From positions 509 through 64,508 of the IMG/VR virus record IMGVR_UViG_3300038704_000071: DNA of 64,000 bases. One strand, 5' to 3'. The stretch comes from a virus (Duplodnaviria; Caudoviricetes). Of this stretch, positions 17,573-26,185 are shown one piece after another; position 1 is the stretch's first letter, and every line of letters starts with the position of its first letter. The position numbers and the translations under genes were made by a program. The notes beneath the pieces were generated by a model, which was not told where the DNA came from, searched no databases, and was given only the letters and a program-made list of their open reading frames with translations.

Positions 17573-18756
17573 CGACTGCCCTGCGCAAGCCCGCCCACGT
17601 CATGGCCGCGGAGCGTGAGGTCGAACGCAAAGCCGAGGAGGCCGCGCGACTGCAGGAGCTCTACGGCGACCTTCTCCCTGACGTGCAGGTCCTGCGGAAG
17701 CGCGGCTTCGTCGTCACGCGCGAGGGCGGCAAGTTCATGGTCGGCAACAAGCTGCTCGACCGGGCGGGCGTCCGTGCCATGGCCCGGCGCGAGGGTGGTC
17801 TTGCCGGGATGTCCTTCCCGAGATCGCCAACCAAGACGGTCACCGGCTTGAAGATCGGCGCCACCGTCGCGCTGGCACCGAAGAAGCCGGCCACCTCGAC
17901 GCCGCTGCCGACGACCAAGGAAAAGGTGCTTTCCGGCGCGGCGGCGACCGCCAAGGCGAAGGCGGCCCAGCACTCGGCCGACCTTGGCACCAAGCCGCGC
18001 GTGGTGTGGCTCGATCTGGGCTTGCTCACCGTCGACAAGACCTATCAGCGCGAGGTCGGAAAGGCCGGTATCACGCACATCAACCGCATCCTGCTGGCGT
18101 TCAATTGGAACTGCTATCAGCCCATCGTGGTCAGCGAGCGCGACGACGGCACCTATGCCGTGATCGACGGGCAGCACCGCCTCGAGGCGGCGAAGAAGCA
18201 CCCGCAGATCGACAGCCTGCCTTGCTACATCATCGAGGCGCCCGACGTGGCGAAGCAGGCTGAGATCTTCGTCGCCGTGAACAGCCGCCGCATCGGGCTG
18301 ACAAGCCTGCAGCAATTCCATGCCGCCGTTGCCGCCAAGCAGCCCGAGGCTATGGAAGCCTTCGGTGTCTGCCGCAATGCCGGGGTGACGATCCTGAAGG
18401 CGCCGCCGAGCTACGACATCCCGCCGAAATCGGTGCTGTCGCCCAACACGCTGCTGAAGATGCTGCGCCAGGTCGGCCGGCCGGCCGTGGCCACCGCGAT
18501 CAAGCTGCTGGCCGAGACGCATCCCGAAACGCTGAACGCCTTCCGGTCGCCGACCATCGCCGCGCTCTGTCGCGTCGTGGCCGACCCCAAGATTGATGCC
18601 GCCAAGGTCCGGACCGTCCTCGCCGCGACCGATCTCGCCAAGTTCTACGACGACACCCGCAACGGCCGCGTCACGTCCGGCGGCACGCTCGAAACATCGG
18701 CCGAGCGGGTGCTCCGGGAACGCATCGCTAAGCATCGTGAGGCCACCACCACCTAA
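17569..18756 (+). CDS. ParB/Srx-like domain protein
   Basis: LTVDKTYQRE...PIVVSERDDGTYAVIDGQHRLEAAK. Confidence 0.78.
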   Translation: MTTALRKPAHVMAAEREVERKAEEAARLQELYGDLLPDVQVLRKRGFVVTREGGKFMVGNKLLDRAGVRAMARREGGLAGMSFPRSPTKTVTGLKIGATVALAPKKPATSTPLPTTKEKVLSGAAATAKAKAAQHSADLGTKPRVVWLDLGLLTVDKTYQREVGKAGITHINRILLAFNWNCYQPIVVSERDDGTYAVIDGQHRLEAAKKHPQIDSLPCYIIEAPDVAKQAEIFVAVNSRRIGLTSLQQFHAAVAAKQPEAMEAFGVCRNAGVTILKAPPSYDIPPKSVLSPNTLLKMLRQVGRPAVATAIKLLAETHPETLNAFRSPTIAALCRVVADPKIDAAKVRTVLAATDLAKFYDDTRNGRVTSGGTLETSAERVLRERIAKHREATTT

Positions 18757-18829
18757 GCGTCCGCGTACCCGCGCGCCGGCAACGACTGGCGGGCGGTTTC
18801 CCTCTCTCAACAACGAACGGATCTGACCT

Positions 18830-19447
18830 ATGGCACGCAAGCCGAAGAACCGCCGCGAAGAGAACCTGTCGGACTTCGCGGGTCCGAACGCCGATCAGGA
18901 GGCCATCGAGACGCTCGCGAACGCGGCGGCTGCGGCCAACAAGAAGACCAAGGGCAAGAACGTCGGCGAGGCTTCCGATGAAACGGTCGGCATGCACGTC
19001 AACCTCATCAAGGCTGCTGAGATCGAATGGCGCGAGCTGAGGGACAAGGCGGCCCAGGCTCAGGGTGTCCTGCGCAACCGGTACAAGGTCGCCAAGGGGG
19101 ACGGCGTCGATGTCGACAGCCTCAAGCTGGCGTTCCGGATCAGCGAGCGGTCGACGGGCGAGGTCATCGCAGAACAAAGGAACCTCGGGCGGTACCTCAA
19201 GATCATGGGCAGCCCGCTCGGCATGCAGTGGTCGCTCTTCGACGAGCCCGATGCCGACGGCGCCACGCTCGACGCCACGGCGCGCGGCGAACAGGACGGG
19301 CGGGAAGGCCTCGACCGCACCTCCAATCCCTACGCGCCGGGTTCGGGTGACTGGTTCGCCTACAACAATGCCTGGCAGACGGCACAGGACAAGCTGGCCG
19401 AAGGTCTGGGCCGCGGCAACGACGCGAGCGGAGCTGCGGCGCACTGA
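18830..19447 (+). CDS. GapR (DUF2312)-like DNA-binding protein with C-terminal NPY..W motif
   Basis: LRNRYKVAKGDGVDVDSLK resembles the GapR core; NPYAPGSGDWFAYNNAW at the C-terminus. Confidence 0.5.
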   Translation: MARKPKNRREENLSDFAGPNADQEAIETLANAAAAANKKTKGKNVGEASDETVGMHVNLIKAAEIEWRELRDKAAQAQGVLRNRYKVAKGDGVDVDSLKLAFRISERSTGEVIAEQRNLGRYLKIMGSPLGMQWSLFDEPDADGATLDATARGEQDGREGLDRTSNPYAPGSGDWFAYNNAWQTAQDKLAEGLGRGNDASGAAAH

Positions 19448-19935
19448 TGCTCCTGCTGGCCCTAGACCTCAGCACGGCAACAGGATTCGCCCTGATGGAG
19501 CGCGGCAAGCCGCCTCTGCTGGGCACTTTCCTGTTGCCGAAGGTGCCGCCGGGTGACAACGCCCGCCGGTATGCCGCGCTGTGGCGGTGGCTGCACGACA
19601 TGCGGGCGACCCACGGCTTTGATGCGATCGCGTGGGAGAGGCCCGTGGTGCCGATCCGCGCCGGCAAGACCGATGCGCTCGACGAGCTCGAATTTCTCAT
19701 CACCTTGGCCGGCATCTGCCGCCTCTTCGCCGGCGAACACCACCTGCCGCATACGCACATCGCCTGGCAGGACGTGAAGATCGCGCTCACTGGCAGCAAG
19801 TTCGCGAAGAAGCCGGACATGATCGCCGCAGCGATGAAGATCGGCTGGAAGCCTGCCGACGATCATCAGGCCGATGCGGGCGGTGTCGGCGTCGCGGCGA
19901 TGGCCATCCTCAATCCACGCTCGGTGCCAGCATGA
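19447..19935 (+). CDS. RuvC-like Holliday junction resolvase
   Basis: LLALDLSTATGFA, IAWERP, AKKPDM, DDHQADA. Confidence 0.8.
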   Translation: MLLLALDLSTATGFALMERGKPPLLGTFLLPKVPPGDNARRYAALWRWLHDMRATHGFDAIAWERPVVPIRAGKTDALDELEFLITLAGICRLFAGEHHLPHTHIAWQDVKIALTGSKFAKKPDMIAAAMKIGWKPADDHQADAGGVGVAAMAILNPRSVPA

Positions 19936-20072
19936 ACGACGCCGCCGCCAGCTACTTCGCCGCGATCAAGGCGCGCCGGCTGCTCGGGCTGCTGCGGGCG
20001 GAGTTTTGGGCGCAGCCGGAAGACGACTTCGACTTGGTCTTGGCGTGCGCGCTGATGAGGGGCGGGAAGTGA

Positions 20073-21371
20073 ATGGCCGCGATCTACAACGACACCGAGC
20101 GCTTCGCCTGCGACTGGCTGCAGCACCTCATGGATGCCGGCCTGATCATGCCGGGAAAAATCGATGACCGATCAATCGCCGATCTCTCGCCAGATGACCT
20201 TACCGGGTATGAGCGGGTCCATCTCTTCGCCGGCGTCGGCGGATGGGATCTCGCCTTGCAGCTTGCCTACTGGCGAGAAGGCCCCGTCTGGACCTGCAGC
20301 TGCCCCTGTCCGCCGTTCAGCCAAGCCGGCAAACGTCAAAGTTGCCAGCGATGCGCGGGCGCGAACCTTGTGTGGTGCCCTCGACGAACTGGTTATTGCA
20401 TATGCGCAGATTGCGGCCACGCATGGCTTGCCGACGGCCGCCACCTATGGCCGGAAGCCTGGCGCCTCATCGCACGATGCCGCCCGGCTCGCGTCTTTGG
20501 AGAGCAGGTTGCAAGCCCTGACGGACTTGAATGGCTCGCCGGAGTACGCGCTTCGCTGGAAGTCATCTCCTATGCTCCTTGGGGCACCGATTATCCGGCT
20601 GCGGGCGTCGGCTCGCCGAATATCCGACAGCGCATTTTCTGGCTGGCCGACGCCGATGGCGGGCTCGCCGGGAACGGACACGTACAACCCAGCGGGCAAC
20701 ACGGACAGCAGCCGCAAGACGGTCGAGTTGGTGGGTTGGCCGACTCCGGATGCTCAAGCCTTCAACGCGAACTCGAGCATCGAAAAGACCGATGCTCGGA
20801 TCGAGCGGCTGAAGGCGAAGGGGATCAACGGCAATGGCGCGGGATACACGCTGGGCTCGGCGGCACAGCTGGTGGGATGGCCCACGTCCCGAGCGACGGA
20901 CGCCGAAAAGAACGTCCGCACTCCGGAGGGGTCGCTTCGGGAGATCGAGCGCAAGGGCGGGCCGCAGGACTTGTGCCAGGCGGCGAACCTGACCGGCTGG
21001 TCGACGCCGAGCAGCCGCGACTGGAAAGACACCCCGGGCATGGCCACAACAGCGGTCAACCCGGATGGCTCGACGCGGAACCGGGTGGATCAGCTGCCGA
21101 GGCAAGCCCTGCTGGCTTCTGGTCCAGCTTCGACATCGTCAACTGCACCGACGGCAAGGCGCGCCGCGTCCCTCAATCCTCGCTTCTCCGGCTGGCTGAT
21201 GGGCTATCCGACGGCGTGGTGCGAGGCTGCTTTGAAGGTGCCGAAGGCTTCCCGCTCGCGGAAGGCGCTGGCAACCGCGTCGGCCGGCTCCGTGGATACG
21301 GAAACGCCATCAATCCCTACGCGGCGGCGCGGTTCATCCGTGCGTGGCGCGAAGTGAGGGCCGCCGCATGA
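20073..21371 (+). CDS. C5 cytosine DNA methyltransferase, main frame (motifs I-VIII and X)
   Basis: HLFAGVGGW, SCPCPPFSQAG, FGEQVAS, IRQRIFW, RLRGYGNAI. Confidence 0.88.
   Translation: MAAIYNDTERFACDWLQHLMDAGLIMPGKIDDRSIADLSPDDLTGYERVHLFAGVGGWDLALQLAYWREGPVWTCSCPCPPFSQAGKRQSCQRCAGANLVWCPRRTGYCICADCGHAWLADGRHLWPEAWRLIARCRPARVFGEQVASPDGLEWLAGVRASLEVISYAPWGTDYPAAGVGSPNIRQRIFWLADADGGLAGNGHVQPSGQHGQQPQDGRVGGLADSGCSSLQRELEHRKDRCSDRAAEGEGDQRQWRGIHAGLGGTAGGMAHVPSDGRRKERPHSGGVASGDRAQGRAAGLVPGGEPDRLVDAEQPRLERHPGHGHNSGQPGWLDAEPGGSAAEASPAGFWSSFDIVNCTDGKARRVPQSSLLRLADGLSDGVVRGCFEGAEGFPLAEGAGNRVGRLRGYGNAINPYAAARFIRAWREVRAAA
20164..21357 (+). CDS. Overlapping-frame partner of the C5 MTase (WPTP repeats plus motif IX-like segment)
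   Basis: 397-aa open frame nested in the MTase gene; four GW(P/S)T(P/S) repeats and LNPRFSGWLMGYPTAW. Confidence 0.7.
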   Translation: MTDQSPISRQMTLPGMSGSISSPASADGISPCSLPTGEKAPSGPAAAPVRRSAKPANVKVASDARARTLCGALDELVIAYAQIAATHGLPTAATYGRKPGASSHDAARLASLESRLQALTDLNGSPEYALRWKSSPMLLGAPIIRLRASARRISDSAFSGWPTPMAGSPGTDTYNPAGNTDSSRKTVELVGWPTPDAQAFNANSSIEKTDARIERLKAKGINGNGAGYTLGSAAQLVGWPTSRATDAEKNVRTPEGSLREIERKGGPQDLCQAANLTGWSTPSSRDWKDTPGMATTAVNPDGSTRNRVDQLPRQALLASGPASTSSTAPTARRAASLNPRFSGWLMGYPTAWCEAALKVPKASRSRKALATASAGSVDTETPSIPTRRRGSSVRGAK

Positions 21372-21584
21372 TCACCTCGGCAGCTTGCGCCTCACCGATG
21401 CCAGCGCCAGCCCGCGCGCCTTCAGTAGCGTCCGGAGCTCCGGCCAGACGCCGGCCGGGATCTCGTTCTGCCCGGCATCCCATCGCCGCACGGTGCGGTC
21501 GGATACCTTCAGGTCACGGGCGAGATCGGATTGCCATCGGGGTCCGTACAGAGCCTCGCCAGCCGCGCGGAGAGTGGCGCTCAC
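21372..21584 (-). CDS. Small HTH protein
   Basis: LYGPRWQSDLARDLKVSDRTVRRWDAG; GTGA overlap with the upstream gene. Confidence 0.75.
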   Translation of the reverse strand: MSATLRAAGEALYGPRWQSDLARDLKVSDRTVRRWDAGQNEIPAGVWPELRTLLKARGLALASVRRKLPR

Positions 21585-22039
21585 GGGCGGAACCCCGGCA
21601 TGAAGGGGATGCCGCTCGCGAGGACTTCCGCGATGGCATCCTTGCGGCGCCGCCACGGGTTTCCCCATGCGCGGTCGGCGAGCATCGTGCCGCCAAAGCT
21701 GCAGCGGATCACGCGCGCCTTCCAGCCGAGGCCGTCGTCGTTCGTTACCACGGCGAAGTCGTCGCCGGGGTGCTGGGCATGCTCGGCGCGCATTTCGCCC
21801 TCGCCGAACTGGCGGTCGCGGAAGATGTGGAGCAGGGCCGGCGGGCCAAAGGTCTCGGCCTCGGCCTCGGCTGGCGGCTCGCGCTTGGCGAAGAACGCGT
21901 TGAACGCTGCCGCGCGCTCATCCGCCGTCATGCCCTCCCGATTCACCGTGGCGATGAAAATGGCCTTGTTGGCGGCCACCTTGTCGGCGACTGCCTTGCT
22001 GCGGAAACGCGACGCGCCGACTTTGTAGGTCTTCAACAT
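21581..22039 (-). CDS. Hypothetical protein of an antisense two-gene cassette
   Basis: GGAGG RBS before ATG; coupled to the HTH gene. Confidence 0.65.
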   Translation of the reverse strand: MLKTYKVGASRFRSKAVADKVAANKAIFIATVNREGMTADERAAAFNAFFAKREPPAEAEAETFGPPALLHIFRDRQFGEGEMRAEHAQHPGDDFAVVTNDDGLGWKARVIRCSFGGTMLADRAWGNPWRRRKDAIAEVLASGIPFMPGFRP

Positions 22040-22080
22040 CTTGGGCCTCCTGCCCGGTGCTCGGCGGGCCTAAGTGCCCA

Positions 22081-22106
22081 TCCGTGTCCGGAATGTAGGA
22101 CACGGA
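22081..22106. promoter_or_regulatory. Inverted repeat, putative operator of the antisense cassette
   Basis: TCCGTGTCC-N8-GGACACGGA. Confidence 0.5.
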
Positions 22107-22242
22107 AGGACCGGGCGCAAGAGGTGCTTTCTGCCCGACGGCGCCGTGGGACCTGGTTCGCGCCGGTCCTGCTGCAGTGGGCCAAGAACGCCCGGCGACG
22201 ATCGAACGAAGCCGCACAGCGCGACCTGTTCGGGAGAGCGAC

Positions 22243-23100
22243 ATGATGCAGGTCGCCTTGCCTGACGCCTGCGTCTGCGGTCGCCCGCGCCATCGCGGCA
22301 TGTGTTCGGAGCGTTGGGCGCTGCGCCGATCGGGCGAAGGCGCGCCGCCGCGGCCGAAACTGAAGCACTCCGCGCCGGGAGCGCCTAAGCGCCGGTTCAC
22401 CGAACACACCCCGCCGGGCGCGCCCTACACGCTGGCACCGGATCATCCTGCCGTCCGGGAAGCGCGCACGCTCTTTGCGGCTCGCCGAGTCCGGGCCGCC
22501 CTCCAGGAGCGCCTCCTGAAGTCGGCGGAGCACAATCGCAAGATCGGCGGCTCCGTCACGAAAGGCCACTTGCGAGGCGTCAAGGTCTTCACGCTGACGC
22601 TCGAGGAGCGGGCGACCTGCCCGAAGACCTGCGCCAACTGGCGGGACTGCTACGGCAACAACATGAACTGGTCGGCCCGCATCCAGGTCGACGGCGACCT
22701 CATGATCCTGCTGTCCGCCGAGGTGCGGAAACTGGTCGCCGTGCACGGACGCATCCTGGTCCGGCTCCATGTGCTCGGCGACTTCTTCTCCACGCCCTAC
22801 GTCGCCTTCTGGCATGCGCTGCTGCACGCGCTGCCTGGCCTGCACGTCTACGGCTACACGGCGCGCAATGGATGCGCCATCGGGCGCGAGATCGAGCGCA
22901 TGAACGAGCATCCGCGGTGCTGGATCAGGTTCAGCGGTGGCAGGACAGGGCAATTCCGGGCGCTGACAGTCGACACAGTCGACCAGGCCAGGGAAGCCGG
23001 CGCCATCGTCTGCCCGGTCCAGACCAACCGAACCGACTGCTGCGGTTCGTGTGGATTGTGTTGGCAGTCGCCCCGCGCCATCGCCTTTTTGAAGCACTGA
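22243..23100 (+). CDS. GP88-like Cys-rich protein
   Basis: TLTLEERATCPKTC..W..CY, RLHVLGDFFS, C-terminal CCGSCGLCW. Confidence 0.72.
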   Translation: MMQVALPDACVCGRPRHRGMCSERWALRRSGEGAPPRPKLKHSAPGAPKRRFTEHTPPGAPYTLAPDHPAVREARTLFAARRVRAALQERLLKSAEHNRKIGGSVTKGHLRGVKVFTLTLEERATCPKTCANWRDCYGNNMNWSARIQVDGDLMILLSAEVRKLVAVHGRILVRLHVLGDFFSTPYVAFWHALLHALPGLHVYGYTARNGCAIGREIERMNEHPRCWIRFSGGRTGQFRALTVDTVDQAREAGAIVCPVQTNRTDCCGSCGLCWQSPRAIAFLKH

Positions 23101-23101
23101 A

Positions 23102-23761
23102 ATGCGCATTCATCCAAATGGCCATGTGCCCAAAGCGCTAGTGGATCCTTCGGCACCTCTGCCGTGGAACCTTCGTCGCTGTAAGTGTGGCGGCCTGCGT
23201 GATCGTCGCGCCAAGGGCTGCAGACTTTGCACTCGCGTCGGAGCGACGAAGCGCTGCCCGAGGTGCAAGACGACGAAGAACAGGGTGCATTTCTGGTTCA
23301 GGAAGAATGGGCGCTGCACGTCCTACTGCAAGGTGTGCGCCTTGGCGATAAATAGAGGTCGCCGACTGGCCGGCAAGAGGCCGCCGCGGGACTACAAACA
23401 GGTCGCGGCACGCATCGCCGTCAGGCGCGAAAATTCGACGTATCGACTAATCGAGCGGCTTCGCAATGTCGCGCGAGTGGCGATCAAACTCAGCGGCGGC
23501 AAGAAGTCTGCGCGGACCTTTGATTTGTTGGGCTGCACCGCAGCCGAGTTCCGGGCCCACATAGAGCGGTTGTGGTCGCCAGGCATGGCTTGGACAAACT
23601 GGGGCCGCACTCGATCGTGCTGGCAGTTGGATCATATCCGGCCAATCGCATCCTTCGATCTCGCAGACGCGCGGCAGCAGGCGGCGTGCTTTCACTTCAC
23701 GAACTACCAACCCCTATGGGCACCTGACAACGCTCGGAAAAAGGCGGCGTGGAATGAATAG
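23102..23761 (+). CDS. HNH homing endonuclease
   Basis: LLGCTAAEFRAHIE..WSPGMAWTNWG....WQLDHIRP...FHFTNYQPLWAPDNARK; N-terminal CxxC motifs. Confidence 0.82.
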   Translation: MRIHPNGHVPKALVDPSAPLPWNLRRCKCGGLRDRRAKGCRLCTRVGATKRCPRCKTTKNRVHFWFRKNGRCTSYCKVCALAINRGRRLAGKRPPRDYKQVAARIAVRRENSTYRLIERLRNVARVAIKLSGGKKSARTFDLLGCTAAEFRAHIERLWSPGMAWTNWGRTRSCWQLDHIRPIASFDLADARQQAACFHFTNYQPLWAPDNARKKAAWNE

Positions 23762-23819
23762 AAGCACCTGCGGGCTTTGCTGGTCGACCCCGAAACCCAT
23801 CGCGTTCTTGAGGCATTAG
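23754..23819 (+). pseudogene. Displaced original 3' end of the GP88-like gene
   Basis: Encodes TCGLCWSTPKPIAFLRH*, matching SCGLCWQSPRAIAFLKH* at the end of 22243-23100. Confidence 0.75.
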
Positions 23820-24398
23820 ATGGACCTGCTGTCGCTTCCTCGCGTCGGCGAATACCGAGTGATCCTTGCGGATCCGCCATGGCAATTCGAGAACTGGTCG
23901 GAGGCCGGCGATGAGAAGAACGCCGCTGCGCACTACGATTGCATGTCTCTCGACGAGCTGAAGGCGCTACGGATCGGATCAGGCCTCGACTTCGTGTGCG
24001 CACCTGATTGCGCGATGTTGATGTGGGCGACGTTCCCGCTGCTGCCTGAGGCACTGGAACTTCTCGACGACTGGGGCTTCGCCTACAAGTCCGGCGGCGC
24101 GTGGGGAAAGCTCACAAAGCACGGCAAGGTAGCGTTTGGTTCTGGCTATCTGTACCGATCGGCCGCCGAGCTCTGGCTCTTGGGCACGCGCGGATCGCCC
24201 GCGGTGCGCAGCCACAGCGTTCGGAACCTCATCCTCGAGAAGCGGCGCGAGCACTCCCGCAAGCCCGACCGGATGTACGACGACGTTGAGGCGCTGTTCG
24301 ACGGGCCGTACCTCGAGCTGTTCGCGCGAGCGCGCCGACCCGGCTGGGATTCGGCCGGCCGGGAAGTCGGCAAGTTCGATCAGAAGAAGGCCGCGTAG
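23820..24398 (+). CDS. MT-A70-family adenine methyltransferase
   Basis: YRVILADPPW, LMWATFP, WGKLT, REHSRKPD, YLELFAR. Confidence 0.9.
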   Translation: MDLLSLPRVGEYRVILADPPWQFENWSEAGDEKNAAAHYDCMSLDELKALRIGSGLDFVCAPDCAMLMWATFPLLPEALELLDDWGFAYKSGGAWGKLTKHGKVAFGSGYLYRSAAELWLLGTRGSPAVRSHSVRNLILEKRREHSRKPDRMYDDVEALFDGPYLELFARARRPGWDSAGREVGKFDQKKAA

Positions 24399-24401
24399 AT
24401 C

Positions 24402-25355
24402 ATGGCCCGCATCCGCACCATCAAGCCTGAGTTTCCGCAGTCGGAGAGCATGGGCAATGTCAGCCGCGAGGCTCGCCTTCTGTTCATCCTGCTGTGGCCG
24501 CTTTGCGACGATCACGGGAAGGCTCGCGGATCCTCGCGATTGCTCGCGAGCCTTCTCTACCCCTACGACAAGGACGTTCCGGACCTCATCGACGACTGGT
24601 TCGACGAGTTGGTGCGTGAGGGCTGCGTCATTCGCTACGAGGTGGCAGGCGCCCAGTACGTCAAAGTCGCTAAGTGGTTGGAACATCAGAAGATTGACCG
24701 GCCGTCCGCCAGCAAGTTCCCCGATCCAGATGAGGGCTCGATAATTGTCGCGAGGCCTCGCGAGCGTTCGTCGTGGGATCAAGGATCAAGGATCAAGGAA
24801 GGGACCAAGGACCGGGACCAAGGACCGGGACCTGTTTCGTCATCGACCGGACCCGATCGGCCGACGCTTGAGCATGAACCGGCTGCGCCGGCCGGCGCTG
24901 ACGCGCCCCGAGAGAGCGAAGGCGCCGAACCGGGATTGCCGCTGGAACCCAGCCAGACCCGCGAGAGCCAGGTGATCGATGCCTGGAACGCCGCTGCCGA
25001 CATCGTGAACGAGGAGCTTGGCCACACCGAGTGGTCGAGGGTCATCAGGCCAACGCCGGAGCGAAAGCAGCTGATCAAGAAACTGCTGAAGGTGCACAGC
25101 ATCGAGGACGTCGATCGTGCCCTGGACCACGCCATGAGCGATCCCTGGGCGAGGGGAGAAACCCAGCGCAGCGCCGATCATGTCAGCTGGCGGTTCAACT
25201 TCGACTACTTCGCGAAGCTGGAGAAGTTCACGCGCTTCCTCGAGGCGCCGAAGAACGGGGCAACGCAACGCCGACCGCCGCTACCGACAACCGGCCGCAT
25301 GGCCGCGCTGGCTGCTGTCCGAGAACGCCTCAGGCGAAAGGAGAACCTGGCATGA
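24402..25355 (+). CDS. Phage replication initiator / replisome organizer
   Basis: MARIRTIKPEF, RLLFILLWPLCDDHG, C-terminal WRFNFDYF. Confidence 0.8.
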   Translation: MARIRTIKPEFPQSESMGNVSREARLLFILLWPLCDDHGKARGSSRLLASLLYPYDKDVPDLIDDWFDELVREGCVIRYEVAGAQYVKVAKWLEHQKIDRPSASKFPDPDEGSIIVARPRERSSWDQGSRIKEGTKDRDQGPGPVSSSTGPDRPTLEHEPAAPAGADAPRESEGAEPGLPLEPSQTRESQVIDAWNAAADIVNEELGHTEWSRVIRPTPERKQLIKKLLKVHSIEDVDRALDHAMSDPWARGETQRSADHVSWRFNFDYFAKLEKFTRFLEAPKNGATQRRPPLPTTGRMAALAAVRERLRRKENLA

Positions 25356-26185
25356 GCACGAGCCTGCCCGCGAAGCTGACCGTCGCACTGCCGGCGACTG
25401 TGGCGACCGCTATCGTCTGGGCCAAGACATCGGTCTTTGGCGCCGATGGCCAGTTCGACGGCGTCGCCATAGCCGACGCATCGATCACCCCCGGCGCCAG
25501 CATCACCGATCTGACCGCGGCGCTTGCCGCCGTGGAGCGGTCGCTGCTGCCCTGCGCCAACGGTGACGTCGTGATCGAGGCCCTGGGCGCGATGTACGCC
25601 ACCCGCCGTAGCCGGCCCGGTCAGCAGATCGACGAGGAGGCATCGCTGCAGATACTTGCCGAGCGAGTCCACGGCTTCCCCCGTGACGTCCTGGTCGAGG
25701 TCGGAAACCACTTCATCGACAGCACGCCCTGGATGCCGGCGGTCTCGGAATTCCTGCAAATCGCCGAGCGCAAGATGCGGCCACGCCGGGCGCTGAAGAA
25801 GGCGATCGAGGAGGCGATCGCACGGGCATCGGCACCGACTCGCGTCGCGCTCCCGGCACCGTCACGCCCGGCGACCCAACGGGAGCGTCTGGCAACGGCC
25901 GTCGTGCTGCGACGCCAAGCCGGCGACGATCGCACCGCGGCGCGGTTCGAACTGCAGCTGGCAAAGCTGGAAGGCCGCGAGCCCAGCGGATGGGCCACGG
26001 ACGCCGTCGCCGCACAGGTCGCGGAACACCTGGCGAAGGCCGCCGAGTACCAGCGCCTCGCCGATGAGGAAGCCGCGAAGGCTGGACCGTCGCCGAGAAG
26101 CGAGACGCAGCGCACCCTCGACGAAATGGCGCAGCAGCGGCGCGACGCCATGCTCGGGGGCGAGCGCGGAAGCGAGGCAGCATGA
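25352..26185 (+). CDS. Helicase loader/inhibitor-like replication protein
   Basis: Follows the initiator; FPRDVL.......STPWMPAVSEF. Confidence 0.55.
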   Translation: MSTSLPAKLTVALPATVATAIVWAKTSVFGADGQFDGVAIADASITPGASITDLTAALAAVERSLLPCANGDVVIEALGAMYATRRSRPGQQIDEEASLQILAERVHGFPRDVLVEVGNHFIDSTPWMPAVSEFLQIAERKMRPRRALKKAIEEAIARASAPTRVALPAPSRPATQRERLATAVVLRRQAGDDRTAARFELQLAKLEGREPSGWATDAVAAQVAEHLAKAAEYQRLADEEAAKAGPSPRSETQRTLDEMAQQRRDAMLGGERGSEAA

